Assembly: GCA_965116885.1 (NCBI GenBank)
Contig: OZ220741.1
Span: 3,264,001-3,328,000, forward strand
Direction of reading: 5' to 3'
Source: Candidatus Latescibacterota bacterium
GTDB lineage: Bacteria > Latescibacterota > UBA2968
DNA: 64,000 bases
Shown here: positions 30,035 through 40,697 of the stretch, piece by piece
Layout: every line of letters begins with the position of its first letter
Numbering within the stretch: the stretch's first letter is position 1
Notes under the pieces: generated by a model
Databases searched by the model: none
The model's input: only the letters and a program-made list of their open reading frames with translations
What the model was told of the DNA's origin: nothing
Made by a program: the position numbers and the translations under genes

Positions 30035-31687
30035 CTAAACGAGTTTCTCTTCGGCGGATGACCATGTTCCACATCTGATTTCCAGCATGTGATTCACTGG
30101 CGTCGTAAATGTCATCAATACGCGGAAGGCAGTGGGGGCGGACTCGCTGCCCCGCAACGCCCAGAAGCGATGGGCATACGCGCCCGGTCCGATGGAAATG
30201 GCGTCGTTGCCTATGTGGTAGGTCGCATATCCGGATTTGAGGAATGCGACCTCTGCGGCCTGGCTGCGCACGATGCCACTGTCAAAATCCAGTTCGCCAC
30301 CGGGTACAAAATCGCACGCGATTTGAAATGGCACGCGGTCATAGCCCTCTGATTTTACGTGCAGATTAAATCCGCTATCCACTTCTTCAATTTCCAATAT
30401 TGTCGTTAGCGGTGGCAGGGCGTACACATCTCTTTCTTTTCGCAAGTTGTAAAATTCCTCAAAAGCGACCTCGCGTCCCAATGGCAGATCATAACCGGGT
30501 CTGCCGCCATCTGAACTTCGGCTTATGTGTGTCATTCTGATTTTGCCATCCACTTCCTCAAAGGTCTCACCTGAAAATTGTGCAATAGCAAAATAGCTCG
30601 CGCACAGGTTCACCGAGGCCAATTCCACGTCTCCGTGTTTTACGCTAAATGGCGATGTTATACCTGCACCTGCTGTGGCACTCGTTTTTTCGCGCCGCAC
30701 GCGCCACAGTCGCGCTGTGGGATAAACCTTCGCGTACGATTCGGGCAAAGGCTCGCGCTTCAGGTTGTCGTCTCGCCATTCGGGGTGGGTTAAAAATGGT
30801 TCCAGCGTCCACGGCAAACCGCCCGGGGATATGGCGTATAACCAGTCTGCGACTGCCGCGTAGAATCCATTTTCTTCGCGCCGCGCCATGTTGTAATAGC
30901 TATCGACCATGTTGACCAGAACAACGCGGGTGCCGTGGTCCTGTCTGCGGGAAAAACTCGTTACAACGGTTCCGTCTGCATGTAACATGTGATAGGACAA
31001 ATCCAGGTTTCGGCGTATGGGTTTTAGCAGTTGGGGGCGATTGAGTGCGTCGGCAGCCAGTCTGAGCGCGCGATTGCAGATGGCGTTATACGTGCCTGCA
31101 CTGCGCTCGATGTATTCGCCATCTGCGTTTATATCTATTGTTTCGGCGAGGTAGCTTTCAATGGTGTCCATTCCGTCCAGGTCGGGGAATAATTCCAGTG
31201 CCTGAGAAAGGGCGGCGACCAATACCCAGCGGTGATTCGGTGTGTGGAATCCGCCTGCGACCATGCCCGGCACAGCCGTTTGAATAATTTCACCGAGTAC
31301 CTCAGCTATCTGTTCTGCACCGTCATCTTTTGCTTTGCGAGCCGCGCGGACTACTGGCGCGAGTCCTTCGACCAGGAATCCCGTGTCTGGCGATGAATCA
31401 AAATTGGTTGTTATTAGGTCAAAACACCCACTCTCCCGACGAATTTTTCGAGCAAAGGCCGCGCCAGCGAGAATGCGTGCCAGAATTTCTTCGCTTTGAT
31501 AATACCGACCGCCTTCCAGAAGATAGGCATAGCCCAGCGTAGATATAGCGCTCACATTTGTCGCACCGGCAATTCCATCGCTGACAAACCCGCCGTAATC
31601 TTCTCGTCCTGCATCCATGACCTGACGGGACAACATAGTTTCTATTTGTTCATTCAGATTTTCCAACAGTGTTTCGTATTTTAGCAT
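30035..31687 (-). CDS. Conserved hypothetical protein (possible polysaccharide lyase-like fold)
   Basis: 550-aa ORF with GGFHTPNHRW and DGEYIERS motifs; function uncertain. Confidence 0.65.
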   Translation of the reverse strand: MLKYETLLENLNEQIETMLSRQVMDAGREDYGGFVSDGIAGATNVSAISTLGYAYLLEGGRYYQSEEILARILAGAAFARKIRRESGCFDLITTNFDSSPDTGFLVEGLAPVVRAARKAKDDGAEQIAEVLGEIIQTAVPGMVAGGFHTPNHRWVLVAALSQALELFPDLDGMDTIESYLAETIDINADGEYIERSAGTYNAICNRALRLAADALNRPQLLKPIRRNLDLSYHMLHADGTVVTSFSRRQDHGTRVVLVNMVDSYYNMARREENGFYAAVADWLYAISPGGLPWTLEPFLTHPEWRDDNLKREPLPESYAKVYPTARLWRVRREKTSATAGAGITSPFSVKHGDVELASVNLCASYFAIAQFSGETFEEVDGKIRMTHISRSSDGGRPGYDLPLGREVAFEEFYNLRKERDVYALPPLTTILEIEEVDSGFNLHVKSEGYDRVPFQIACDFVPGGELDFDSGIVRSQAAEVAFLKSGYATYHIGNDAISIGPGAYAHRFWALRGSESAPTAFRVLMTFTTPVNHMLEIRCGTWSSAEEKLV

Positions 31688-31792
31688 GCGTAACCCCCAT
31701 GAGTGAACGACCTCCAGCAAACCGAAGACCTGCCCAATATATCCCCAATTTGCCCGTATTTCAAGAGAAGTCGTTTCCCACAGGGGCCTGGT

Positions 31793-32434
31793 TCAATGCA
31801 AACTGAAACGGATCGGGATGGCCATGCGTACCGCAATAGCTCTGTCATTTTGCCTGGCTGGCTCGAACAGGAATTGCCTGACCGCCTCCAGAGCCGCAGC
31901 GCGAAAAATTTCGGGTCCTTTTAAGACTCGCGGTTCGGCTACACGCCCTTCTCTGGTAACAATAAACGACACAATCACCTGGCCTTGTAATCCCGCTCTG
32001 CGAGCCATCTCTGGATAAACTGGATTCACACGCTGGATCAATTCGGGTTTTTGTTCTACTATCCAAAATTCTAAAATTTCTTCCTCTGCTTCCACATCGT
32101 TCTTCTGTAGCGGTGGTGGGATATCGACGACAGGCGCATCGAAATCCAGTTCCGTATCGGCAATGGTCACATCATCGGGCACGTCTTCGTCTTCTGTTGC
32201 AATGGGAACCTCGGGCCTTTTCAGACGCGGTCGCTTCTTCTGATGCGTCACGGGAATGTCTATAAGGTTGCACACCACAGTGACTTTTTTGGTCGGTTTA
32301 GAATCGATCTTCATATCTGGAAACAAAATGGCCAATCCGACCATCAGAAACAGCGTCAATGAAGTAGAACGTCTCATTACTTTTGGATAAATTGCTTTCA
32401 AATCGGCATCTGCATGTTTGTTGCGAATCATCAT
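31793..32434 (-). CDS. Energy transducer TonB family protein
   Basis: N-terminal TM, acidic/Pro linker, YPEMARRAGLQGQV...F.PA TonB_C domain. Confidence 0.9.
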   Translation of the reverse strand: MMIRNKHADADLKAIYPKVMRRSTSLTLFLMVGLAILFPDMKIDSKPTKKVTVVCNLIDIPVTHQKKRPRLKRPEVPIATEDEDVPDDVTIADTELDFDAPVVDIPPPLQKNDVEAEEEILEFWIVEQKPELIQRVNPVYPEMARRAGLQGQVIVSFIVTREGRVAEPRVLKGPEIFRAAALEAVRQFLFEPARQNDRAIAVRMAIPIRFSLH

Positions 32435-32448
32435 TTCCTCCTTTTTAA

Positions 32449-32468
32449 AGTATTAAAATTTTAATAGT
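32449..32468. promoter_or_regulatory. Putative BlaI operator upstream of tonB
   Basis: Perfect palindrome TATTAAAA/TTTTAATA at 32451-32466; near-identical to the site at 34945. Confidence 0.7.
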
Positions 32469-32516
32469 TAATCTCAAAAAAATATCTATTGGTCGGTTAC
32501 CCGGGTGTGTATAACA

Positions 32517-34547
32517 TCAGTATCCCTCCTTTCGCAGGTCTTCAGGGCAAAAGGTGTGAGCCAGTACATCGAGTTGTCGCATCTGAAGCACCTTTGTGCG
32601 GTTAGGTGCATAGATACCCATGTTGATTAAAAAGAAGCGATTCTGAGCGACGTCAAAGAGTGCATAACTCTTAAACGGTCCACCTTGCCACGCGCGTGTA
32701 TTTTCCCACAGTCCTTCCAGGCATACGGCCAATTTACCCAGGAACTCCGTCTGGTAAATGTTCACCTCCCCAGATGATGTTTGATCGCCGCCATAAAAAC
32801 GGCTCGATACGTCGTCCCATTTTTGCAAACACCAATCCGGCGTCAATTGATCGGGATGTACACCATCTTCCCAATATACCCACAGCCACAATTGTCGCCG
32901 ATCTACCTGACGCGCCAGCGCCACAAAGTTCTCACTTGCGTACTCGTCCATCACTTCATAGCCTACCGGCACCCGCAGGCGCCAGCCAAATTGTCGTGAT
33001 AGGGCTTCAGAATGTTCGGTATTTTCTCCCGCGTGATACAGAATGGTTTCGAGCCATTTCGACATAGATGCATCAATCGCCGATACGATGCGGTCGCCGT
33101 TGAGCGCGACTTGTTCAGCCACGCCTTGCTCATCTGTAGCTTTGACGACCACGACTATCTGATCAGATGCCCACACATCGCGGTGAATTACTGTCTCATT
33201 TTTGGATCGCCCGGTAAACAGCGGCTGTAAGTCCGTCGCCAGAATACCATTTGCAGATGAAACAAGGATCAAATTGCGATAAGCCCGAAAATCCCGAAAC
33301 GCTTCGGGAGAGACATATACGAGATCAAATACGTACTCGGGTTGCGGCGTCAACACCGGGTCTAACAGTAAATCTTCCAGTACTGGTTTTAACTCTTCTC
33401 GGGCGGCTCCATCGGCCACAATCACAATTTTACTGGTTAGCCCAATGCCCCGGGGGAGTGGATTGCCGATAAGTACATCTGCCAGCGGTTTGCTCCACCG
33501 GGCAATTTTCAGATGGGCTTCGGCTCTACCGGGCACGTCAATGAGGGGGCCGATTTTTATAGCAATAACACAGACAGATAGAAATATCGCGAGCCAGATG
33601 GCACTGTGCGACAGCGATGGGCGGCGCTGATTGAGCAGATATTCAAAGCGCTTTACCAGATTCGGATGGCGATTTATAATGCCCAATCCTATTGGGCGCA
33701 CCCTGCCAATCATCTCTGTCAGGCGCGTCAAACAGATCGCATAATCACGTGCATTGTGACCGCGATGCGCGGCGTAATCATCGCAGGCCATTTCTCGCGT
33801 TAGTGACAGTTGCTGGCTCAGCCACCAGATGCCCGGATTGCACCATAAAAAAACTTCTACGAGGCGCTGTACCAGAATGCCCAGAGCATCTCTGCGTTGA
33901 ACATGCGCGATTTCATGTTTGAGAATTTGCTCCAGTTCAGACGCTGACAGTTGTGGTATGAGATGTTGCGGGATGAGTACGACCTGGCGAGAAATACCCA
34001 GCACTGAGGGGCTGGCAACAGCATCTGAAATTCGCAAACCAACATCTACTGAGCCAATCCATCTGCGTTTGTACCGCTCAAACAGAGCCTGAAGATCCTT
34101 TCCCGCCCACTTTCCAGATCGCTTTAACCGCATCATCTGACAATATCCCAGTGCAATGCGCACGAGCATTGCACTGGCAACGACCAGCCATAAAATCCAG
34201 ACGACGATCGGCCAGGAAGATGTGCCGTGGCTCGACCGGGGGTTCACAGGCGTTGCAATTTGTGGTTGTGATGCCTCACTGGCGAGATTGGTATCCGGAA
34301 CTCTGGTTGGGGGAATTGTTGCGTTCGGTTTATCTGTGGCCTCGTATGGTGCAGGTGTGACGAGAAACAGAGGCATAATTACCACACCAATCACGGCGAC
34401 CCATAACAGGCGGTGCAACAAAGAGGCAGGCACGCGCAAGCGCGAGAGGACTGCCACAATCATTGCAGCCAAAAATCCCATCCAGATCCCATTCAGCAGA
34501 TAAAACACGCTGAGCCGGGCAATGGTATCAATCCATTCGCCCATCAT
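32517..34547 (-). CDS. BlaR1/M56 family peptidase fused to an extracytoplasmic (DUF4837-like) domain
   Basis: HEIAH zincin motif, WCNP..W, REMACD; C-terminal GLWE...GGPF pattern. Confidence 0.85.
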   Translation of the reverse strand: MMGEWIDTIARLSVFYLLNGIWMGFLAAMIVAVLSRLRVPASLLHRLLWVAVIGVVIMPLFLVTPAPYEATDKPNATIPPTRVPDTNLASEASQPQIATPVNPRSSHGTSSWPIVVWILWLVVASAMLVRIALGYCQMMRLKRSGKWAGKDLQALFERYKRRWIGSVDVGLRISDAVASPSVLGISRQVVLIPQHLIPQLSASELEQILKHEIAHVQRRDALGILVQRLVEVFLWCNPGIWWLSQQLSLTREMACDDYAAHRGHNARDYAICLTRLTEMIGRVRPIGLGIINRHPNLVKRFEYLLNQRRPSLSHSAIWLAIFLSVCVIAIKIGPLIDVPGRAEAHLKIARWSKPLADVLIGNPLPRGIGLTSKIVIVADGAAREELKPVLEDLLLDPVLTPQPEYVFDLVYVSPEAFRDFRAYRNLILVSSANGILATDLQPLFTGRSKNETVIHRDVWASDQIVVVVKATDEQGVAEQVALNGDRIVSAIDASMSKWLETILYHAGENTEHSEALSRQFGWRLRVPVGYEVMDEYASENFVALARQVDRRQLWLWVYWEDGVHPDQLTPDWCLQKWDDVSSRFYGGDQTSSGEVNIYQTEFLGKLAVCLEGLWENTRAWQGGPFKSYALFDVAQNRFFLINMGIYAPNRTKVLQMRQLDVLAHTFCPEDLRKEGY

Positions 34548-34933
34548 GTTTCATCCTCCTCTGCCTTCTGAATCATTTTGTGAATGCGGGCGAGGTCTTG
34601 TGCATCGAGTTCTTCATTTTCCACCAGATTGAGTACCAGGGTTTCTGGCGAATTGTCGAAAAAGCGACTCATCAGATACTGAATGGCGCTTCGCTGTGCA
34701 TCCTCTCGCCCCACGATTGGATAATATACAAATGCCCTGCCTTCTTTTTCATGCCGCAAATACCCTTTCTGTTCCAGAATGCGCAATATTGTCAATACTG
34801 TGCTATACGCCGGAGATTCGCTTCCAGCGAGTGCGTTGACAACGTCGCTCACTGTAGCCGAGCCGCGATCCCAAATCACCCGCATCAATCTCAGTTCGGC
34901 ATCTGTCAGAGTAGGGGATCTTCGTCTGCCCAT
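34544..34933 (-). CDS. BlaI/MecI/CopY family repressor
   Basis: LTDAELRLMRVIW, AYSTVLTILRILEQKG, GRAFVY. Confidence 0.93.
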   Translation of the reverse strand: MGRRRSPTLTDAELRLMRVIWDRGSATVSDVVNALAGSESPAYSTVLTILRILEQKGYLRHEKEGRAFVYYPIVGREDAQRSAIQYLMSRFFDNSPETLVLNLVENEELDAQDLARIHKMIQKAEEDET

Positions 34934-34942
34934 ATAGTCCTC

Positions 34943-35017
34943 ACTATTAAAGATTTAATACTTACAAAACAAATATGGAGAAAAAGAAAGTGAGTGTCAA
35001 TTAAAAAATTAATAGTT
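34943..35017 (-). promoter_or_regulatory. blaI promoter with operator palindromes
   Basis: Minus-strand TTGACA (35000-34995)-N17-CATATT; operator TATTAAAGATTTAATA at 34945-34960; degenerate site at about 34999-35017. Confidence 0.7.
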
Positions 35018-35039
35018 CAACAAAAAAAAAGACAAATTG

Positions 35040-35109
35040 GTAGGGGATAGGGCGCCCTCGCGCCCCTATCTCTCGCCTTTTATCTGTTTCATCTGCGTTC
35101 ATCTGCGGA
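35040..35109. repeat. GTAG REP-like hairpin plus short ATCTGCGTTC tandem repeat
   Basis: gtaggggatagggcgc...gcgcccctatc, then atctgtttc-atctgcgttc-atctgcgg. Confidence 0.5.
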
Positions 35110-35122
35110 TGCTTTTTGCCTC

Positions 35123-36103
35123 TCACTTGAACTTCAAGGGCTTGCCTTCTCGGGCAGATTGATAAACCGCTTCGAGGAGGGCTACTGTGCGGCGGCCTTC
35201 GCGTCCATCTACAGATAGGGGCGTTCCTCTGGTTACGGCATTTACCACGTCTTCGACAATACTGTGGACATTATTTTCGACACTGTCGAGTTTTTCCTGA
35301 AGCCCTGTGCCGTAAACCGTCATTTCGCCATTTAAAACATCGTGTAGCAAAATGCCGCCTTCTGTTCCGTGTACTTCGGCGCTGAAATACACACTCTGGG
35401 GGAAGGTCGTGGTGCCCAGGATTGTGCCTTTTGCCCCGTTTTCGAAATTGAGGATTGCCAGCCCGATGTCTTCGGTCTCAATCTCGTGATTTACAATGTC
35501 GATTTCACCGTACACGGAAACAGGGTCGCCCATAAACCAGCTCAATACGTCGAGCAGATGTGCGCCCTGATTGGCCAATGAGCCACCGCCATCCATAGTC
35601 CACGTTCCGCGCCAACCATCGTCGTGCAAAAAATAGTCGTCAGACCGAAACCACTTAAAACGCACTTCTCCCAATATCATCTTGCCCAGCCAGCCTTCCC
35701 GAATCGCGGTTGCCACTTTGACATTGCCATCCACATATCGGCTTTGATAATCCACACCGCACAACACGCCGGCATCTTCACAAGCCGCAATGAGCCGATC
35801 ACACGCTTCGGTGCTCACATCCATGGGTTTGGTGGTTATCACATGCTTGCCCGCTTTTGCCGCTTCAATGCCCACCTGGGCATGTTTGCCGCTCGGCGTC
35901 ATCACCATCACGACATCCACGTCATCTCGCGCAAACACATGTTCCATATTTATGACGCAGTCCGTTTCCAATTCCTGTGCCACTTCTTCAGCCAGGTCGC
36001 CGTGCAAATCGCACACGACTTTTAAATTTGCCCCGGCTGTCTCTTTAATCAACCGCGCTCTGTTGCGCCCCATGCCCAGGCCAATAACGCCAAATCCGAC
36101 CAT
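35123..36103 (-). CDS. Gfo/Idh/MocA family oxidoreductase
   Basis: GVIGLGMG, TKPMD, WRGTW..DGGG.LANQGAH. Confidence 0.9.
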   Translation of the reverse strand: MVGFGVIGLGMGRNRARLIKETAGANLKVVCDLHGDLAEEVAQELETDCVINMEHVFARDDVDVVMVMTPSGKHAQVGIEAAKAGKHVITTKPMDVSTEACDRLIAACEDAGVLCGVDYQSRYVDGNVKVATAIREGWLGKMILGEVRFKWFRSDDYFLHDDGWRGTWTMDGGGSLANQGAHLLDVLSWFMGDPVSVYGEIDIVNHEIETEDIGLAILNFENGAKGTILGTTTFPQSVYFSAEVHGTEGGILLHDVLNGEMTVYGTGLQEKLDSVENNVHSIVEDVVNAVTRGTPLSVDGREGRRTVALLEAVYQSAREGKPLKFK

Positions 36104-36127
36104 GTTATCCTCCTATTCGTCTTATTT

Positions 36128-37135
36128 TTATGCACAATCGGGATGGCCTTCCGTCCAACGCCCGAAGGGGACATCGGTCTGTCCGCCCTGATTGATCTTC
36201 GACATCGCCTTTCGAGTGTCCAACCACATTTGGGTCCACACTTTTGCATCTCTCAATTCGCGCTCTGGATGTTTGCGGCTGCGCGCGACAAAGCCCGGAA
36301 ATGCCTCGCGTCCAGTCGTTTGACCGGTGGGATTATACCGCAGATCAAAGCTCCAGCGGATGTTATCGCTCACATTGGACAATGATCCGTGTACTGTGCA
36401 CTTGGGTAGGAAAATGACATCCCCCCGTTTGACCGGTAGCGGTATCATACGTTCGGCTTCAAATAGCGATTCGGGTATCTGGCGCCCGCCCGCTGTTTTG
36501 GGTCCATTCCCAAAATACGATGGACAATGCGTCAAAAGCCCGTGTTTGTGGCTGCCGGGCACGACTTTTAGAGGCCCTTGTTCAATATCGACGTCTTCGA
36601 GTGCAAACCACACAGTCAACATATTTGTCTCATCTGCTTCTGGTACAACCACGCCCTGATCCTGGTGCCAGATCGTTTCTCCCAAAATCGGATTTCCAAA
36701 CTGGTTTCTGGGCAGAATATGCTCGGGTGGTTTAATCCGCACATGTTGTACGGGATTCGAGTATATCTCTGGTCCGATGAGCGATTCCACACAATCGAGC
36801 AGGGATTCATCTGTAAAGGCATTGAGAACAGCCTGTCCCGTCCAGAAGGGGGTGTCTGGCTTCACATTTTGAAATGGTAGCGAAAAATCGAAATACTGTT
36901 TGTGTACATCGCCCGTTTCAATGCAGACCGCGATGAATCGTTCAGCAAAATCGAGGTCTTCGAACAAGGAAGAAATTTCTTCTCGTTCGTAAAGATCGCG
37001 TACTAATGTGTCGAGTACTTCTGTGTACTCTTCGATTACAGGATCCAACACGGTTTTTGGATCCAACACGCCCTCCACCACCAGATAGCCTTCTTCTTCA
37101 AACTGTGCAATCTGCTCGGCAGTTAGGCAACCCAT
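36128..37135 (-). CDS. Phytanoyl-CoA dioxygenase (PhyH) family protein
   Basis: FEEEGYL, WHQD, PGSH, GDV....VHGS..N.....RWSFDLRY. Confidence 0.9.
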   Translation of the reverse strand: MGCLTAEQIAQFEEEGYLVVEGVLDPKTVLDPVIEEYTEVLDTLVRDLYEREEISSLFEDLDFAERFIAVCIETGDVHKQYFDFSLPFQNVKPDTPFWTGQAVLNAFTDESLLDCVESLIGPEIYSNPVQHVRIKPPEHILPRNQFGNPILGETIWHQDQGVVVPEADETNMLTVWFALEDVDIEQGPLKVVPGSHKHGLLTHCPSYFGNGPKTAGGRQIPESLFEAERMIPLPVKRGDVIFLPKCTVHGSLSNVSDNIRWSFDLRYNPTGQTTGREAFPGFVARSRKHPERELRDAKVWTQMWLDTRKAMSKINQGGQTDVPFGRWTEGHPDCA

Positions 37136-37194
37136 GGCATTTCTCCTTTTTGTGGGACGTTTAACAGCTTTTGCTATAAATCAATTTCAGAGCC

Positions 37195-38106
37195 TCAGGT
37201 GCTATTGTTCTGTTGTGAATTTTTCGGCAAAGTCAGCGTTAGCGCACCGGGCATAATTTCAAATACCAGTTCTTTGGGGCCTTTCTCAACTTCGCCATCA
37301 AATTGAAACCAATCGCTCTTCTCGCGCGTGATATAGATTTTTTTCGCCTGAAATATCTCGACGCCGGGCATTCGATCAAAAGTGCCATTAAAAAGGCGGT
37401 AGGTATTCAACACCAGGCGAATCCACCCTGGATGTGTAAACACGCACACATCGAGAACCCCATCATCTGGCATCGCTTGAGGGGCTATGGTTGCGCCGCC
37501 TCCAAAGTCCGGCAGGTTGGCTATGACAACGAACAAAGGCGTGCGCTCAATATTACTGTCAGAATCCAATCTCAATCGCAATGTCTGAGGGCGATATGAG
37601 AGAAGCGACAGCGCGGTGAGCACCAGGTAGGGCAAGAATCCGCGGCGCCCCGTCCGACTTGCATACCGATGGGCAACCTCTGCATCTAAGCCAATGCCCG
37701 CAGTAGAAAAAAACAGGGCATTGCCCACGCGCCCCACATCGAGTTTCCGAATGTCTGGCTGAATAAAAGCGCGACAGGCTTTTGCCGGGTCAAAAGATAA
37801 ATTCAACGCACGCGCAAATGCATTGCCCGATCCAGCGGGCACCACTCCCAGGGGTATCTCTGTGCCGAGTAGCGCGCGTCCAACTTCGTTAATGGTACCA
37901 TCGCCTCCAATGGCGACCACCAGATCGAACCCCATTTCGGGTGCGCTTGCCGCCAATTCCGTGGCGTGCCCCGCGTGCTGCGTTACTTCAAGGGTAAAAT
38001 CCATCCCCGCTTTCTCACACGCGGCAATCACGCGAGATCGAATATTGCGTTGCACACCTGCATGCGGATTCGCAATGAAGAGTACGCGTGAAAATTGCAT
38101 ACTCAT
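37195..38106 (-). CDS. Diacylglycerol kinase (YegS/BmrU) family lipid kinase
   Basis: NPHAG, GGDGTINEV, PAGSGNAFA, QFDGE. Confidence 0.92.
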   Translation of the reverse strand: MSMQFSRVLFIANPHAGVQRNIRSRVIAACEKAGMDFTLEVTQHAGHATELAASAPEMGFDLVVAIGGDGTINEVGRALLGTEIPLGVVPAGSGNAFARALNLSFDPAKACRAFIQPDIRKLDVGRVGNALFFSTAGIGLDAEVAHRYASRTGRRGFLPYLVLTALSLLSYRPQTLRLRLDSDSNIERTPLFVVIANLPDFGGGATIAPQAMPDDGVLDVCVFTHPGWIRLVLNTYRLFNGTFDRMPGVEIFQAKKIYITREKSDWFQFDGEVEKGPKELVFEIMPGALTLTLPKNSQQNNST

Positions 38107-38690
38107 GTATGTAAAAAATCGACCAGGGTCTGACCGATATCCCTCAAAATTTTTGGCGAAGGTTGTGATACATCGACTTGTTGCACGATTTCTTTGGGAT
38201 AATGCTCCAATACAGCAATTGTTTGACGGTCGTACACATCGAATCTTTTGCGAATAATTTGTTCATTTGCGTCATCGATGCGGTATGCGACGAGCGCGCG
38301 TCCAAAGAGGCGTTTGATCAGTACATTGCGGTCTGGACAATCCAATACCATGATCAATTTTACATTTAAGTTTTCATCGGCCATCTGAGCCTGGGCGAGT
38401 GTGCGCGGTAGGCCATCTAAAATCAGTGTCTGTTCATCGGGCTTAAAATCGCCAAAATCAACCAGGCGTTGCATGCGTTCTCGCCACAGTGCAACGACAA
38501 ATTCGTCGGGTACCAGTTCGCCTTTGCGAATACTCGCCAGAGCCATTTCCCCAGGCTGGCTATCGACGTCTAATGCCCTGAGCATATCGCCACTTGAAAA
38601 ATGGTATAAACCTGGTATTTGTTTTAATACACTCCCCCATGTGCCCTTGCCAGCACCGGGGGGGCCAAATAATAAGACAGTATCATACAT
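38103..38690 (-). CDS. adk: Adenylate kinase family protein (short LID)
   Basis: GPPGAGKGT, SSGDMLR, GELVPD, LDGLPRT, RIDD. Confidence 0.8.
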   Translation of the reverse strand: MYDTVLLFGPPGAGKGTWGSVLKQIPGLYHFSSGDMLRALDVDSQPGEMALASIRKGELVPDEFVVALWRERMQRLVDFGDFKPDEQTLILDGLPRTLAQAQMADENLNVKLIMVLDCPDRNVLIKRLFGRALVAYRIDDANEQIIRKRFDVYDRQTIAVLEHYPKEIVQQVDVSQPSPKILRDIGQTLVDFLHT

Positions 38691-38827
38691 TGGTACAACT
38701 CCCGCGATTGTTTTTTGACAGAATGGAAATGTGAATGTATTTTAGTAGAAGCGGGTTGAACTGCTACGCAGTTGTACACCGCTCGAAACCCACTCCTACG
38801 GATCACCGAACCTTATGGGAGAACATC

Positions 38828-39430
38828 ATGAACCTCGATCCCGCTGCCGTCTCACTAAAAAAAAACGGCGATAAAATTGAAGCTCTCATCCAGGGGGAGA
38901 CCACGTTTGTCGATCGCCTTGCCCGCGCGTTTCCCCATAGTAATCCCGATCAATTTGTCAGCTTAATGGACGAATTGGGACACGAAATTGGCATTATTGA
39001 AAACCCCAAAAAACTCGACGATGCTTCGCGCAATTTGCTCGAAGCCGAACTCAAAGCCATCTACTTTGTCCCAACTATCAGCGCTATAACTTCCGTCGTA
39101 TCCAAAGGCACGGGCAGTCAGTGGACGGTTGATACCGACGATGGCGAATATACTTTCCGCATTTTGGGTCGAGACGCGCTCAAGGGCGATGAACCGCCTG
39201 CAGTTGAAATCACGGATGAAAATGGCAAGCGATACAGAATTGACAATTACTGGGATCTCGATGTCGAAAGTCGAGACCTGACCTCTGACCTGTTGCCCGA
39301 TAAAGTTGTCAAGGCGCGCTATTACACCCGATCGATCTCGAGTAGTAGAAGTGGCAAGAGCAGAGGTTCGAGCAGTCGCGGTAGTAGTCGCGGTAGTAGC
39401 GGCATGGGCGGATCGATTGGCATACGGTGA
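38828..39430 (+). CDS. DUF1854 domain protein with an S/R/G-rich tail
   Basis: RAFPHSNPDQFVSL...EIGII, YFVPTI, WTVDTDDG, ITDENGKRYRI. Confidence 0.75.
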   Translation: MNLDPAAVSLKKNGDKIEALIQGETTFVDRLARAFPHSNPDQFVSLMDELGHEIGIIENPKKLDDASRNLLEAELKAIYFVPTISAITSVVSKGTGSQWTVDTDDGEYTFRILGRDALKGDEPPAVEITDENGKRYRIDNYWDLDVESRDLTSDLLPDKVVKARYYTRSISSSRSGKSRGSSSRGSSRGSSGMGGSIGIR

Positions 39431-39434
39431 TCCG

Positions 39435-40604
39435 CTACCGCACCCCCAATATCAATTCAGTCAGCAACTGATCCAGACGCTCATAGCCCAATCCAACGCG
39501 CCCCATTGCATCGATGTCAAATTGCACTTGTTTGAGTGCTTGCGATTTTTCCCGGCTGTATTTGCCCAGATGCTGTTCGTATTCGGGATTCTGGTTTTCA
39601 ATTTCTTTCAAGATTCCCTGAATTTCGGCATCTGCTTCGAATTGTGCTGCTTTTTCTTTTAAGATATTATACGTACGCATACACCCTGCGGCAAAATCCC
39701 ATACCCCTTCTTCGTCTTCTGTGCGAAATGCGTGTGCGTCGAAGTGTCTCGGGCCCGCATAACCGTTGTTTTCGAGCAAGCGCACGAGCAAAAAGGCACT
39801 TTTGTAATCTTCTGAGCCAAACCGAAAATCTTGATCATAGCGGCCAAAACGCTGGTCGTTTAAGTCGATATGGAAGAGTTTGCCCGCCTCAAGTGCTTGC
39901 GCTACGCCGTGGTGGAAATTTAACCCCGCCATGTGTTCGTGTGCAACTTCCGGGTTGACGCCCACCATCTCGGGATAATCCAGCGTTTCGATAAACGCCA
40001 GATAATGCCCGGTTGTGGGAAAGTACATATCGGCACGCGGTTCATTGGGTTTGGCTTCGAGCGCGAAATTCAAATCGTATTTCTGGTCGCGCACGTAATC
40101 GCACAAGTAATTTAAGCCATCGCGGTAGCGTTTGAGGGCATCGATGGGATCTTTCGCCACGTTGCATTCGGCGCCTTCGCGTCCGCCCCAAAATACATAG
40201 GTTTTTGCACCCAATTCGACGCCTAAGTCAATGGCTTGCATAATTTTTTGCAAGCCATAAGCGCGAATTTTGGGATCGTTGGACGTAAAGCCCCCATCCT
40301 TAAATACGGGATGAGAAAATGTGTTGGTGGTTGCCATGGGCACAACCATGCCGCAATTTTTTAGTGCGTTTTTGAAATCGCTTACGATTTTATCGCGCTG
40401 TTGTGGTGTGGCGTCAATCGGTACGAGGTCGTTATCGTGCAGGTTAATGCCCCACGCGCCCAGTTCGCTCAATCGCTGCACAATCCGCTCGGGCGCAAGC
40501 GATTGGCGCGTTGGATCGCCAAAGGGATCGCGTCCGGGATTTCCCACTGTCCACAAACCAAATGAAAATTTATCTTTTTTGTTTGGCGTATATGCATCGG
40601 CCAT
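39435..40604 (-). CDS. xylA: Xylose isomerase (class I)
   Basis: [38 protein letters not shown]. Confidence 0.95.
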   Translation of the reverse strand: MADAYTPNKKDKFSFGLWTVGNPGRDPFGDPTRQSLAPERIVQRLSELGAWGINLHDNDLVPIDATPQQRDKIVSDFKNALKNCGMVVPMATTNTFSHPVFKDGGFTSNDPKIRAYGLQKIMQAIDLGVELGAKTYVFWGGREGAECNVAKDPIDALKRYRDGLNYLCDYVRDQKYDLNFALEAKPNEPRADMYFPTTGHYLAFIETLDYPEMVGVNPEVAHEHMAGLNFHHGVAQALEAGKLFHIDLNDQRFGRYDQDFRFGSEDYKSAFLLVRLLENNGYAGPRHFDAHAFRTEDEEGVWDFAAGCMRTYNILKEKAAQFEADAEIQGILKEIENQNPEYEQHLGKYSREKSQALKQVQFDIDAMGRVGLGYERLDQLLTELILGVR

Positions 40605-40697
40605 TGGACCTCCTCAAAATGCGAATGAAAAATTAAAAATGACAATAAAGCGTTGCAACTTCCGCGTGCAAAATATCATGGTGAAGTCTGACTGTCA

